A DNA stretch of 29,052 nucleotides from Nanobdellota archaeon. Its GTDB lineage: Archaea > Nanobdellota > Nanobdellia > Pacearchaeales > GW2011-AR1. Made by a program: the position numbers and the translations under genes. The stretch covers positions 1-29,052 of the forward strand of contig JBBTBN010000025.1 in assembly GCA_038043645.1 (NCBI GenBank), given 5' to 3'. The notes beneath the pieces are model-generated. The model searched no databases. It saw only the letters and a program-made list of their open reading frames with translations, and was not told where the DNA came from. This document shows positions 15,196 through 23,367 of the stretch, piece by piece (position 1 is the first letter of the stretch; every line of letters begins with the position of its first letter).

Positions 15196-15211
15196 TATAT
15201 AAAAGTTTCGG
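15196..15211 (-). promoter_or_regulatory. BRE-TATA promoter for RNA 2
   Basis: Minus strand CGAAAC-TTTTATATA, close to the archaeal BRE/TATA consensus. Confidence 0.7.
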
Positions 15212-15250
15212 TTTTAAGATTTTGAAAGAGAGGAAGTTGGAGGGGGAGGG

Positions 15251-16414
15251 ATGAAATTTGAGAAATTAGAAAAAGCAGTATCTAATCTTTTTTTACAATT
15301 TGAAAAACTTTCCGATTCTATTGATAGTGGCGAGGTAGGTCATCAGGAACATTATGATTATCGACTTTGGATTAATCATCAAATTATTCCATTGATGGAG
15401 GCATTTGATTTACTTAAAAAAAATTCTTATAAATCTTCATTTTCGTTGATAAGAACGGCATTTGAGTCTTTCTGGATCATTAACCTAACTATGAATGGGA
15501 TTAAGCATTTTTCTGAATATGAGTTTAGTGATAATAATGAAGCCAAAAAAGTTTATCAGAGTTGGTTAAATCAATTAAAAGAAAAAAAAGAAGAAAAACC
15601 TTGGAAACATATTCTAGAGATAAAAGCGCCAAAAAAGAAAAAGATTAAAATGGTTTTTGATGGCGTTGTAAACTTGACTAATGGAGGAGGCGAGATAATG
15701 CCATGGTACTATTTTAATTTTAAAGAGTATGATTCAGAGGTTGCTTATCTTGGTGTAAACTCTTCATCTTTTGGTCTTGAAGGACATGAAGAATTTTCTA
15801 AAAGAATAAAAGAAAAACACCAGAAACTAAAATATTTTTTTAATTTCTCTAATGGAGTTAAAGAAAGTCTTTTGTTAAATGAGTTAATCTCTGAGGCAGA
15901 GTTTGAGAGAGCGAGGGTTCATTATAACTTCCTGAGTACTTTTGTACATCCTTCCGCTAACTCTTTTGATTTTATTCATGGAAACAATTATGGAAGGGGA
16001 GGTTTTGAAGACATTAAAAAAGATAATCCTGACTTATATCATCTTGCTTTACTCTATATTGGAAATGTTCTTTGTTTATATCTTAAAGCTTTTTTGAAGT
16101 TTGCGGAAAGGCAAATTAAAGAGGGTAAAATCATTAAAGTCAAATTTAGAGAGGATTTTGATAAAGCCATAATTGAATTTCAGGATTGCTCAGCTTATTT
16201 TTGGTTTATTAATAATGAGCCTGCTAGATACTACAAATTGGAACATGCAATAAGCCTATTAAATAAAGGATCACAAAAGATAGAGGTAGACACTATTTCT
16301 TCATCAGAGATAGAGTATCCTAAAAACCCTCTTAATGCGCTTAAAAGAATGGCTAGTTCATGGCATAATCAAATACTTGGACATTACAAAAGTCCTTTTG
16401 AAGAAGAAAAATGA
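15251..16414 (+). CDS. Hypothetical defence-island protein, possible HEPN-like (DUF5677-like) domain
   Basis: SLIRTAFES and YNFLSTFVHP motifs resemble the R..hE / Y..LS..vH pattern of HEPN-derived families. Confidence 0.5.
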   Translation: MKFEKLEKAVSNLFLQFEKLSDSIDSGEVGHQEHYDYRLWINHQIIPLMEAFDLLKKNSYKSSFSLIRTAFESFWIINLTMNGIKHFSEYEFSDNNEAKKVYQSWLNQLKEKKEEKPWKHILEIKAPKKKKIKMVFDGVVNLTNGGGEIMPWYYFNFKEYDSEVAYLGVNSSSFGLEGHEEFSKRIKEKHQKLKYFFNFSNGVKESLLLNELISEAEFERARVHYNFLSTFVHPSANSFDFIHGNNYGRGGFEDIKKDNPDLYHLALLYIGNVLCLYLKAFLKFAERQIKEGKIIKVKFREDFDKAIIEFQDCSAYFWFINNEPARYYKLEHAISLLNKGSQKIEVDTISSSEIEYPKNPLNALKRMASSWHNQILGHYKSPFEEEK

Positions 16415-16454
16415 AACCACAAAAAAATAAAATTGAATTTGGAGAGAAAATAAA

Positions 16455-16934
16455 ATGACCTTTAATATTTTTGTAAGTTATAGTTCAAAAGATATTGAAG
16501 AGATTAAACTCATTTTAGATAGTTTCAAAAATATCAGAGATACAAAAATCTTCTTTGCTGATTCTTCTTTAAAAATTGGTGATGAAATTAGTAAAGAAAT
16601 TGAAAATGAAATAAGGAAATCAGATCTGTTTTTGGTTTTTTATAGTATTAATTCTGATTCATCAAATTATGTTCAACAAGAAATAGGTTTTGCAAAAAAT
16701 AATGTTAAAAGTACAATAATTATTCCAATTTTATTAGATGGAACAAAACCTACAGCTTTTATAAACGGAATAAAATATCTGGATTTATCTAATAAGAAAA
16801 AGTATAATTCAGAAATTAAAAGATTATATGATTTAATTATCTCAAATGTTGAAAAAAAGAATCAGAATCAAGCCATTACATCTCTTGGATTGTTGTTGTT
16901 GGCTTGTCTGATATTTTTTGGAAATAAAAAATAA
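16455..16934 (+). CDS. TIR-domain protein with C-terminal hydrophobic segment
   Basis: IFVSYSSKD, SDLFLVFYS..S..SNYVQQEIGFA (conserved Glu), IIPILLD; tail AITSLGLLLLACLIFFG. Confidence 0.88.
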   Translation: MTFNIFVSYSSKDIEEIKLILDSFKNIRDTKIFFADSSLKIGDEISKEIENEIRKSDLFLVFYSINSDSSNYVQQEIGFAKNNVKSTIIIPILLDGTKPTAFINGIKYLDLSNKKKYNSEIKRLYDLIISNVEKKNQNQAITSLGLLLLACLIFFGNKK

Positions 16935-16953
16935 TTAATAGAGAAAAAGAAAA

Positions 16954-18138
16954 ATGAAACAAACACAAACTAATAAAATTGAATGGAAAGAAGTTGAACT
17001 TGGAGAAGTAGCGGAATTTATTAACGGAAGAGCATTTAAGCCTTCAGAATGGGAAGAAAGGGGCAAGTTAATTATTCGTATTCAAGATTTAACTGGCTCG
17101 AGTGATTCTCCAAATTATACGACTAAAAAATTTGAAGATAAATATCTTGTTAAAAAAGGAGATTTGTTAATTTCTTGGTCTGCAACTCTTGATGTTTTTA
17201 TTTGGAATAAAGAAGAGGGCTGGTTAAATCAGCACATATTCAAAGTTAATGAAAAAATAGAATTAATTGATAAAAAATATTTGTTTTATTTGGTAAAGAC
17301 GAAAATTGAAGAGATGAAGAAAAATGCCCATGGTTCTACTATGAAACACATTACTAAAGGAAATTTTGAGAAAATACGAATATCTCTTCCATTCTCCAAC
17401 GGCACCCCCAACTTAAAAGAACAAGAAAGAATAGTTTCAATTTTAGAAAAAGCAGAAAAATTAAAACAAAAAGGCAAGAATGCAAGAGATTTGCTTGATG
17501 AATATTTGAAAAGTGTTTTTAATGAGATGTTTTATAATAAAGGGTTTGAAGAAGTTAAGATAGGGGGTGGAATCTTAAAAACAGATACTAAAAATCCAAT
17601 AATCGACTTTCCAAATAGTAATTTTTATTATGTGGACATAGCCTCTGTTGATAGTGAAGGAAAACAAATCGTTAATTACAATAAATTAATTGGAAAAGAA
17701 GCTCCAAGTAGAGCAAGACAACAAATAAAAAAGAAAGATGTTTTGGTGTCAACAGTTCGACCTAATTTAAATGCAGTTGCTCTAGTTCCAGCAAATTTAG
17801 ATAATCAAATATGTTCAACTGGTTTTTGTATTTTGAGAGCAGATAATAAAAATTTTACGCCTGAATATCTATTTTATACATCCCAAAAAGATTTATTTGT
17901 TAATTCTTTAATACGAAAATGCAAGGGGGCAAACTATCCCGCAGTTTCCAACAAAGATATTAAATCTATAAAAATCCCCCTCCCTCCCATTCCTCTCCAG
18001 CAAAAATTCTCAAAGATAGTTGAGCACATTGAAAAATTAAAACAAAATGTTAAAAAAACTAAACAAAATTCTGAGGAATTATTTAATTCTTTAATGCAGA
18101 AAGCGTTTAGAGGGGAGTTAAAGGATAAAGGAATATGA
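16954..18138 (+). CDS. hsdS: Type I R-M specificity subunit S
   Basis: Two TRDs with conserved EQERIV / LPPIPLQQKF repeats and LMQKAFRGEL end. Confidence 0.93.
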   Translation: MKQTQTNKIEWKEVELGEVAEFINGRAFKPSEWEERGKLIIRIQDLTGSSDSPNYTTKKFEDKYLVKKGDLLISWSATLDVFIWNKEEGWLNQHIFKVNEKIELIDKKYLFYLVKTKIEEMKKNAHGSTMKHITKGNFEKIRISLPFSNGTPNLKEQERIVSILEKAEKLKQKGKNARDLLDEYLKSVFNEMFYNKGFEEVKIGGGILKTDTKNPIIDFPNSNFYYVDIASVDSEGKQIVNYNKLIGKEAPSRARQQIKKKDVLVSTVRPNLNAVALVPANLDNQICSTGFCILRADNKNFTPEYLFYTSQKDLFVNSLIRKCKGANYPAVSNKDIKSIKIPLPPIPLQQKFSKIVEHIEKLKQNVKKTKQNSEELFNSLMQKAFRGELKDKGI

Positions 18139-18158
18139 AACCGCAATATTTAAATATG

Positions 18159-18195
18159 ACTAAAAAGATATAATCTTATAACTAAAAAGATATAA
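18159..18195 (+). promoter_or_regulatory. Tandem 15-bp direct repeats (putative operator) upstream of wHTH-MNT
   Basis: ACTAAAAAGATATAA at 18159-18173 and 18181-18195 (22-bp period), just downstream of CCGCAATA-TTTAAATA (18141-18156). Confidence 0.6.
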
Positions 18196-18202
18196 CCTAA
18201 AA

Positions 18203-18799
18203 ATGCTGACAAAAACACAAACAGAAATAATGAAAGTATTTGTTTCAAAAATAGAAAAAAGATTTAGTATAAATGAAATTGCGGGAATTTTGAAAAAGCC
18301 GTATGCTTTAATTCATCGTTCAATGCAGGAATTACTAAAAAATAGATTTATCCTCGGAGATGAAAAAAAGTTGCTCTCGCTTAACTATAAAGAAAATTTA
18401 ACAGAACTTTCTTTCATAGAATCCATAAGAACTAAAACTTCTTTGGAAAAAGAAAAATCTGTTTCTTTATTTATCAGAGATTGCCTGAAAGAAATAAATG
18501 AGGATTTTTTTATCTTTTTGATATTTGGTTCTTTTGTTGAAAAAAAGAAATTTAATGATTTGGATATAATAATTATCCTCAATAACAAAACCAAGCTCGA
18601 ACAAACTGAAAAGATTATTAAAAATATTGCTTCTAACTTTTCATTTAAAATTGATTCGCATGTTTTAAGCAAAGAAAGCGCTTATGAAATGTTTTCAAAA
18701 AGAGAACAGACAAATATTTTAAACGAATCATTAAATAAACATTTGATAGTTTTTGGAGGAGAAAACTATTATAAAATTTTGTCAAATGCCAGAAGATAA
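18203..18799 (+). CDS. wHTH-fused nucleotidyltransferase (MNT antitoxin-like)
   Basis: N-terminal FSINEIAGILKKPYALIHRSMQELL HTH; LIFGSF...NDLDIIII motif. Confidence 0.85.
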   Translation: MLTKTQTEIMKVFVSKIEKRFSINEIAGILKKPYALIHRSMQELLKNRFILGDEKKLLSLNYKENLTELSFIESIRTKTSLEKEKSVSLFIRDCLKEINEDFFIFLIFGSFVEKKKFNDLDIIIILNNKTKLEQTEKIIKNIASNFSFKIDSHVLSKESAYEMFSKREQTNILNESLNKHLIVFGGENYYKILSNARR

Positions 18800-19406
18800 A
18801 AAAATAGAAGAAGCAAATAAGAATGCAATTAAAAGCATAAATTCTGGAACTATTTTGAAAACCAAAGATTCAAAGTATGTTGATTTTTTTATTAAAAATG
18901 CAAAAGATTCTTTGGACTCTGCAAAAGTTCTGTTTGATATTTCAACAAATGAAAAAACCAAAAACACCCTCGGAATGCCTAATTTTAACGGATTTTTGTG
19001 GGTGATAAATTCAAGTTATTATTCAATGTTTTATATGGCAAGAGCATTGTTAGAAAGCATCGGGGTCAAAATAAAAGCAGAGGAATCAGTTCATTTTTTA
19101 GTTTTTAATGCGCTTGTCTATTATTTTTATTCTAATGGAAAATTAGAAAAACATTTTATTGAGGACTTCGAGAATGCGCAGGAAGAATCTTCTGAAATAT
19201 TGGGAAGAGAAAAAGTAAATTCCAAGTTTCCTTCGCAAGCTCAGGAAAAGGCAAAAGAAATAATAAATGATTACTCTAATGAAAAAGAAAAAAGAGCGAG
19301 ATTTACTTACGAAATAGGAGAAATTGCTATGAAAAGCAAAGCTGAAACTTCCCTAAACAGAGCAAAAAAATTTAATGAAGAGATAAGAAAAATACTGAAA
19401 AAATGA
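18786..19406 (+). CDS. HEPN-domain protein
   Basis: A..SL.SAK.L, SYYSMFY.ARALL, H, KRARFTY motifs; start placed at Met 18786 (ORF track 18753 overlaps MNT by more). Confidence 0.8.
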   Translation: MPEDKKIEEANKNAIKSINSGTILKTKDSKYVDFFIKNAKDSLDSAKVLFDISTNEKTKNTLGMPNFNGFLWVINSSYYSMFYMARALLESIGVKIKAEESVHFLVFNALVYYFYSNGKLEKHFIEDFENAQEESSEILGREKVNSKFPSQAQEKAKEIINDYSNEKEKRARFTYEIGEIAMKSKAETSLNRAKKFNEEIRKILKK

Positions 19407-19648
19407 AACTCAAAAATAAACCCAAAAATTTCAAAGAAAAATATTACATCTGTCCAAAATGTGGAGCATTAAATACAGAAACTCAAACATTAGAAGAAAT
19501 CAGCAACGGAAGTTGCGGAATGTGTTATTGCGAATTTAATAATGAAAGGATATTGAATAAATATAAGAAAATAAATAAAAGATTATGGGAAGAATTAAAA
19601 AAGTTAAAATCAGATAAATTAAGATTAAAAAAATATAAAAAATGTTAG
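19403..19648 (+). CDS. Small zinc-binding protein
   Basis: CPKC...CGMCYC; ATGA overlap with HEPN and overlap with hsdM start. Confidence 0.6.
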   Translation: MKLKNKPKNFKEKYYICPKCGALNTETQTLEEISNGSCGMCYCEFNNERILNKYKKINKRLWEELKKLKSDKLRLKKYKKC

Positions 19649-21093
19649 AATCAGAATTAAAATCAAAAATTAGAAAACTATGGGATAAATTTTGGAGCGG
19701 GGGAATTAGTAATCCTCTTCAAGCAATTGAACAAATATCTTATTTAATTTTTATGAAAAAACTGGAAGATAAAGATAATTTAGACCAGCAAAATGCAACT
19801 CTTAAAGGAATTAAATTTAAATCTATTTTTGAAGGGCATAAAAATTGCAGGTGGTCAGAATGGAGCGAATATTCTTCTGATAAAATTTTAGCGCACGTAA
19901 GAGATGTAGTATTTCCATTTATGAGAGAATTAGGAAAAGAAGATTCATTATATTCTAAATATATGAAAGACTCAAGCTTTTCTCTACCTACTGCATCACT
20001 TTTAATTGAAGCAGTGAATATAATTAATGATTTGCATATTAAAGAACAAAATCAAGATACTCAAGGAGATATTTATGAATATCTTCTAAGCGAATTATCA
20101 ACTGCAGGTAAAAACGGCCAGTTTAGAACTCCAAGACATATAATTCAAATGATGGTAGAACTTGCTAAACCAGAAATCGGCGACAGGATTTTAGATCCGT
20201 CTTGCGGAACTGCAGGATTTTTAGTAAATGTTTATGAATATATTTTAAAAACAAATCAAAAAAATGGAGTTAGCACATTAACCCCTCAAAAAAAGAAATT
20301 GTTAGATGAAGAATCATTATATGGTTATGATATAGATAGAACAATGGTAAGAATCGCAGTGATGAATTTGTTAATGCACGGAATAAACAATCCGCAAATT
20401 AAAGGAGAAGATACCTTATCAAAAAGATATAATGAGAACGGAACTTATGATTTAATATTAGCTAATCCTCCATTTAAAGGTTCTATAAATGAAAGTGAAA
20501 AGTCAGATGAACTTACTATAAGCACAAGCAAGACAGAACTTTTATTTTTAGAATTAATGTATAATTGTTTATCTATTGGAGGAAAATGCGCAGTTATTGT
20601 CCCTGACGGAGTTTTATTTGGAAATTCAAATGCTCACAAATCTATAAGAAAACTTTTATTAGAAAAATGCAGATTAGATGCTATAATTTCTATGCCCTCT
20701 GGAATATTCAAACCTTATGCGGGAGTTTCTACAGCAGTTTTATTTTTTACAAAAGGAGAACCAACAGAAAAAGTTTGGTTTTATGATATGGAAGCAGATG
20801 GTTATAGCTTGGATGATAAAAGAACAGAGCAACCAGATAAGAATGATATTCCAGATATATTAACAAGTTTTGAAAAAAGATTTAAAGAAGATAATAAAGA
20901 CAGATTTAAAAAACATTTTTTTGCGCCAATTCAAGAAATAAAAAATAATGATTGGGATTTATCGATTAATAAATACAAAAAAGAAAAAGAAGAAAAGATA
21001 AATTACAGAAATAGTAAAAAAATAATTGAAGAAACTAAGAAAGAAATCAAAGAATTAACCGATGGATTAAAGGAACTGGAAAAATTAATTTAA
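19642..21093 (+). CDS. hsdM: Type I R-M DNA adenine methyltransferase subunit M
   Basis: GQFRTPRHII, DPSCGTAGF (motif I), ANPPF (motif IV), VPDGVLFG. Confidence 0.95.
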   Translation: MLESELKSKIRKLWDKFWSGGISNPLQAIEQISYLIFMKKLEDKDNLDQQNATLKGIKFKSIFEGHKNCRWSEWSEYSSDKILAHVRDVVFPFMRELGKEDSLYSKYMKDSSFSLPTASLLIEAVNIINDLHIKEQNQDTQGDIYEYLLSELSTAGKNGQFRTPRHIIQMMVELAKPEIGDRILDPSCGTAGFLVNVYEYILKTNQKNGVSTLTPQKKKLLDEESLYGYDIDRTMVRIAVMNLLMHGINNPQIKGEDTLSKRYNENGTYDLILANPPFKGSINESEKSDELTISTSKTELLFLELMYNCLSIGGKCAVIVPDGVLFGNSNAHKSIRKLLLEKCRLDAIISMPSGIFKPYAGVSTAVLFFTKGEPTEKVWFYDMEADGYSLDDKRTEQPDKNDIPDILTSFEKRFKEDNKDRFKKHFFAPIQEIKNNDWDLSINKYKKEKEEKINYRNSKKIIEETKKEIKELTDGLKELEKLI

Positions 21094-21752
21094 CTTTTTT
21101 CCATCCAACTCCACCATTTTTCATTTCCAATTATTACATGATCTAAAACTTTAATGTCTAATTGTTTTCCAACATCAATTAATTTTTTAGTTATATCTAA
21201 ATCCTCTTTACTTGGGTTTGGATCTCCAGAAGGATGGTTGTGAATTAAGATTATTTTTGAAGCTGAATTCTTTATTGCCGGTTTGAAAATTTCTCTTGGA
21301 TGAATAATTGCAGAATCCAAAATCCCTTTTGTTATTAATTTTTCACCAAAAATATAATTTTTATTATTTAACATCAATACATAGAAATTTTCCTGTTTTT
21401 CGTCTTTTAATCTTTCATGAAATAAATCAAAAACATCTTTTGCACAGGTTATTTTCTTTAATTGTTTTCTAGATAAATTACATCGTTTAGTTATTTCTGC
21501 AATAGTCAAAATCTGCATTGCTTTGCTTGGACCAATTCCCTTTATCTCTTGAAGTTCTTTTAATGAACATTCAAATAATTTGTCTAAACCATATTCTTTT
21601 ATTAAACGATTAGACATATCAATTACATTTTCTCCTTTTGTTCCTGTTCTTAAAAGAATCGCAAAAAGTTCTGCATCACTTAATGTTTCTGGACCATGTT
21701 TAAGAAATCTCTCTCTTGGCCTATTTTCTTGTGGAAGGTCTTTTATTTTCAT
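21090..21752 (-). CDS. radC: RadC (JAB-domain) protein
   Basis: PRERFL..G.E.LSDAELFAILLRTG, HhH GIGPSKA, HPREIF, HNHPSGDP.PS..D, LDHVIIG. Confidence 0.95.
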   Translation of the reverse strand: MKIKDLPQENRPRERFLKHGPETLSDAELFAILLRTGTKGENVIDMSNRLIKEYGLDKLFECSLKELQEIKGIGPSKAMQILTIAEITKRCNLSRKQLKKITCAKDVFDLFHERLKDEKQENFYVLMLNNKNYIFGEKLITKGILDSAIIHPREIFKPAIKNSASKIILIHNHPSGDPNPSKEDLDITKKLIDVGKQLDIKVLDHVIIGNEKWWSWMEKS

Positions 21753-21844
21753 AGATTGAGTTAGTCATAAACGGATTAAGAATAAAGAATTTTAAAACTT
21801 ATCTAAATAGTTTATTAGTATTAGAAAAATAATTTAAATAAGAA

Positions 21845-22156
21845 TTAATAATCCGGCAATTCTTCTTGCGCCTTTGATTTTTTAACTGGTTTTTCTTCAG
21901 AATCTTCTTTTGGTTCAGTTGCTTTCAAATCCTCATCTTTTACTGAATTAATCATCTTCTTAAATTCTTGAAACTTTTCTGCTGGAATTCTTAATCCTTT
22001 TTTTGTTGGACCGGTGTATTTTTCACTTGAAGCAAATTCTCTTATATCAACACCCACTTTTCCATTATATTCTCTGATTCCAATAACAATGTCTGTTACT
22101 GTTCCTTGATATTCTCCTTTGTTTATTTTTCCTATATCTTTATCCATCTTAAACAA
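21845..22156 (-). CDS. PC4/YdbC-family ssDNA-binding protein
   Basis: VDIREF...GPTKKGLRI motif; true start may be the second Met (MDKD). Confidence 0.8.
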   Translation of the reverse strand: MFKMDKDIGKINKGEYQGTVTDIVIGIREYNGKVGVDIREFASSEKYTGPTKKGLRIPAEKFQEFKKMINSVKDEDLKATEPKEDSEEKPVKKSKAQEELPDY

Positions 22157-22234
22157 AGAATAAACTGGTTTTTAAATGTGTTGATTATTTTTAAGAACAT
22201 AAATCTTTTTATAATGTAATCTTTTCTCTTTTAT

Positions 22235-22666
22235 ATGTCAAAGGCTAAAGATCTTCTAAAATTCATTTATACTCCTAAAGAAATTTATGCTGTATTGGAT
22301 AAATTCGGGTATAAACCTGGAAATTCTCTTATTAAGGCTGTCATTCAAAAAGGCTATGCTGAAGAAAGAGAACACAAAATTGTCCTGACTAAACTTGGAA
22401 AAATTAGGCTAAATGAAATAGAATCTTCAGAAAATAATTCCCCTGAAATTCAACCTCAATTAATTGAACAAATTATTACGCCCGCAAAAGAATACAAAAA
22501 TAATTCAAGTTTATGGTTTTTGGGAGTTGTGGGATTATTAGGGCTTATTATTTCTATTTGGCAAGTTTCATCTTCTAAAATTTTTATGCCCTACGGAATA
22601 ATTGGGATCTTTTTTTTAATCTCACTTATTTTTTCTATAATTTTATCTGTTAGAAATTCTAAATAA
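22235..22666 (+). CDS. Membrane protein with two C-terminal TM helices
   Basis: Hydrophobic LWFLGVVGLLGLIISIW and YGIIGIFFLISLIFSIILSV; TTTTTATA 29 nt upstream. Confidence 0.7.
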   Translation: MSKAKDLLKFIYTPKEIYAVLDKFGYKPGNSLIKAVIQKGYAEEREHKIVLTKLGKIRLNEIESSENNSPEIQPQLIEQIITPAKEYKNNSSLWFLGVVGLLGLIISIWQVSSSKIFMPYGIIGIFFLISLIFSIILSVRNSK

Positions 22667-22702
22667 ATTGTTTATTCTTATATTTTCTTAAAAAGATTTT
22701 TA

Positions 22703-23242
22703 TTATATAATATATGCTTTCACAATTTTTACTTCCTCTAAAGGCCTGTCTTCTTCATCTGTTTCAACTTTTGCGATTTTGTCTATAACTTCCATCCCTT
22801 CAATCACTTTTCCAAAAGCAGGATGTTTGTCATCGAGGAAATTGTTATCAACTAAATTTATAAAAAATTGGCTTCCGCCCGTATTTGGACCGGAATTTGC
22901 CATTGAAATTGTTCCTCTGTTGTTTTTATTTCCGCCTGAATGGGTGAACTCATCTTTGATATTATATCCTGGACCACCCATCCCTGTTCCTTGAGGATCT
23001 CCTCCTTGAAGCATAAATCCGTCAATAACTCTGTGAAAAATAACTCCGTCGTAAAAACCGTTCTCAACTAATTTCTTGAAATTTCCAGAAGTTATCGGCA
23101 TATCAGAATAAAGATTAATTACAATGTCTCCATAATTTGTTTCAAGTTTTACCCTTGTTGATTCTGTTTTTTTTACCATGATTATTATTCCTGCTATTAA
23201 AATAATTAAGATTATTATAAATGTTATTATTTTAGGTTTCAT
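22703..23242 (-). CDS. Cyclophilin-type peptidyl-prolyl cis-trans isomerase with N-terminal membrane anchor
   Basis: FHRVIDGFMLQGGD, MANSGPNTGGSQFFI, FGKVIEG; hydrophobic N-terminus. Confidence 0.95.
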   Translation of the reverse strand: MKPKIITFIIILIILIAGIIIMVKKTESTRVKLETNYGDIVINLYSDMPITSGNFKKLVENGFYDGVIFHRVIDGFMLQGGDPQGTGMGGPGYNIKDEFTHSGGNKNNRGTISMANSGPNTGGSQFFINLVDNNFLDDKHPAFGKVIEGMEVIDKIAKVETDEEDRPLEEVKIVKAYII

Positions 23243-23303
23243 GAGATTTATTAAATAATTTTGTGTTTATTGTTCCTACTCGTTCTATTTTATTAATTTT
23301 TAT

Positions 23304-23367
23304 TACTCCCGACCCCGCTCGGATTTCTTTAATTTGCCTTCGGGATTTAATCTCGCGAAGTCGCTCG
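23304..23367. repeat. Palindromic dispersed repeat, copy B (overlaps the 3' end of the HPF-like gene)
   Basis: 50/64 identical to 10258-10321; hairpin CTTCG-G-GAT-TTA-ATC-T-CG-CG-AAG. Confidence 0.8.

Noticed and set aside
17385-17420. Extra residues (PFSNGTPNL) in the central conserved region of HsdS
   Set aside because: Short loop variants occur in HsdS repeats, and no repeat or hairpin signature was found in the DNA.
16411-19409. ATGAAAC recurring at four gene junctions as an integron-like cassette site
   Set aside because: Met-Lys starts are very common in AT-rich genomes and no attC-like palindrome or integrase is present; only the longer hsdS 5' match was kept.
10733-21100. att sites or target duplications flanking the R-M island
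   Set aside because: No convincing direct repeat found by eye at the two boundaries, and no integrase in the window.
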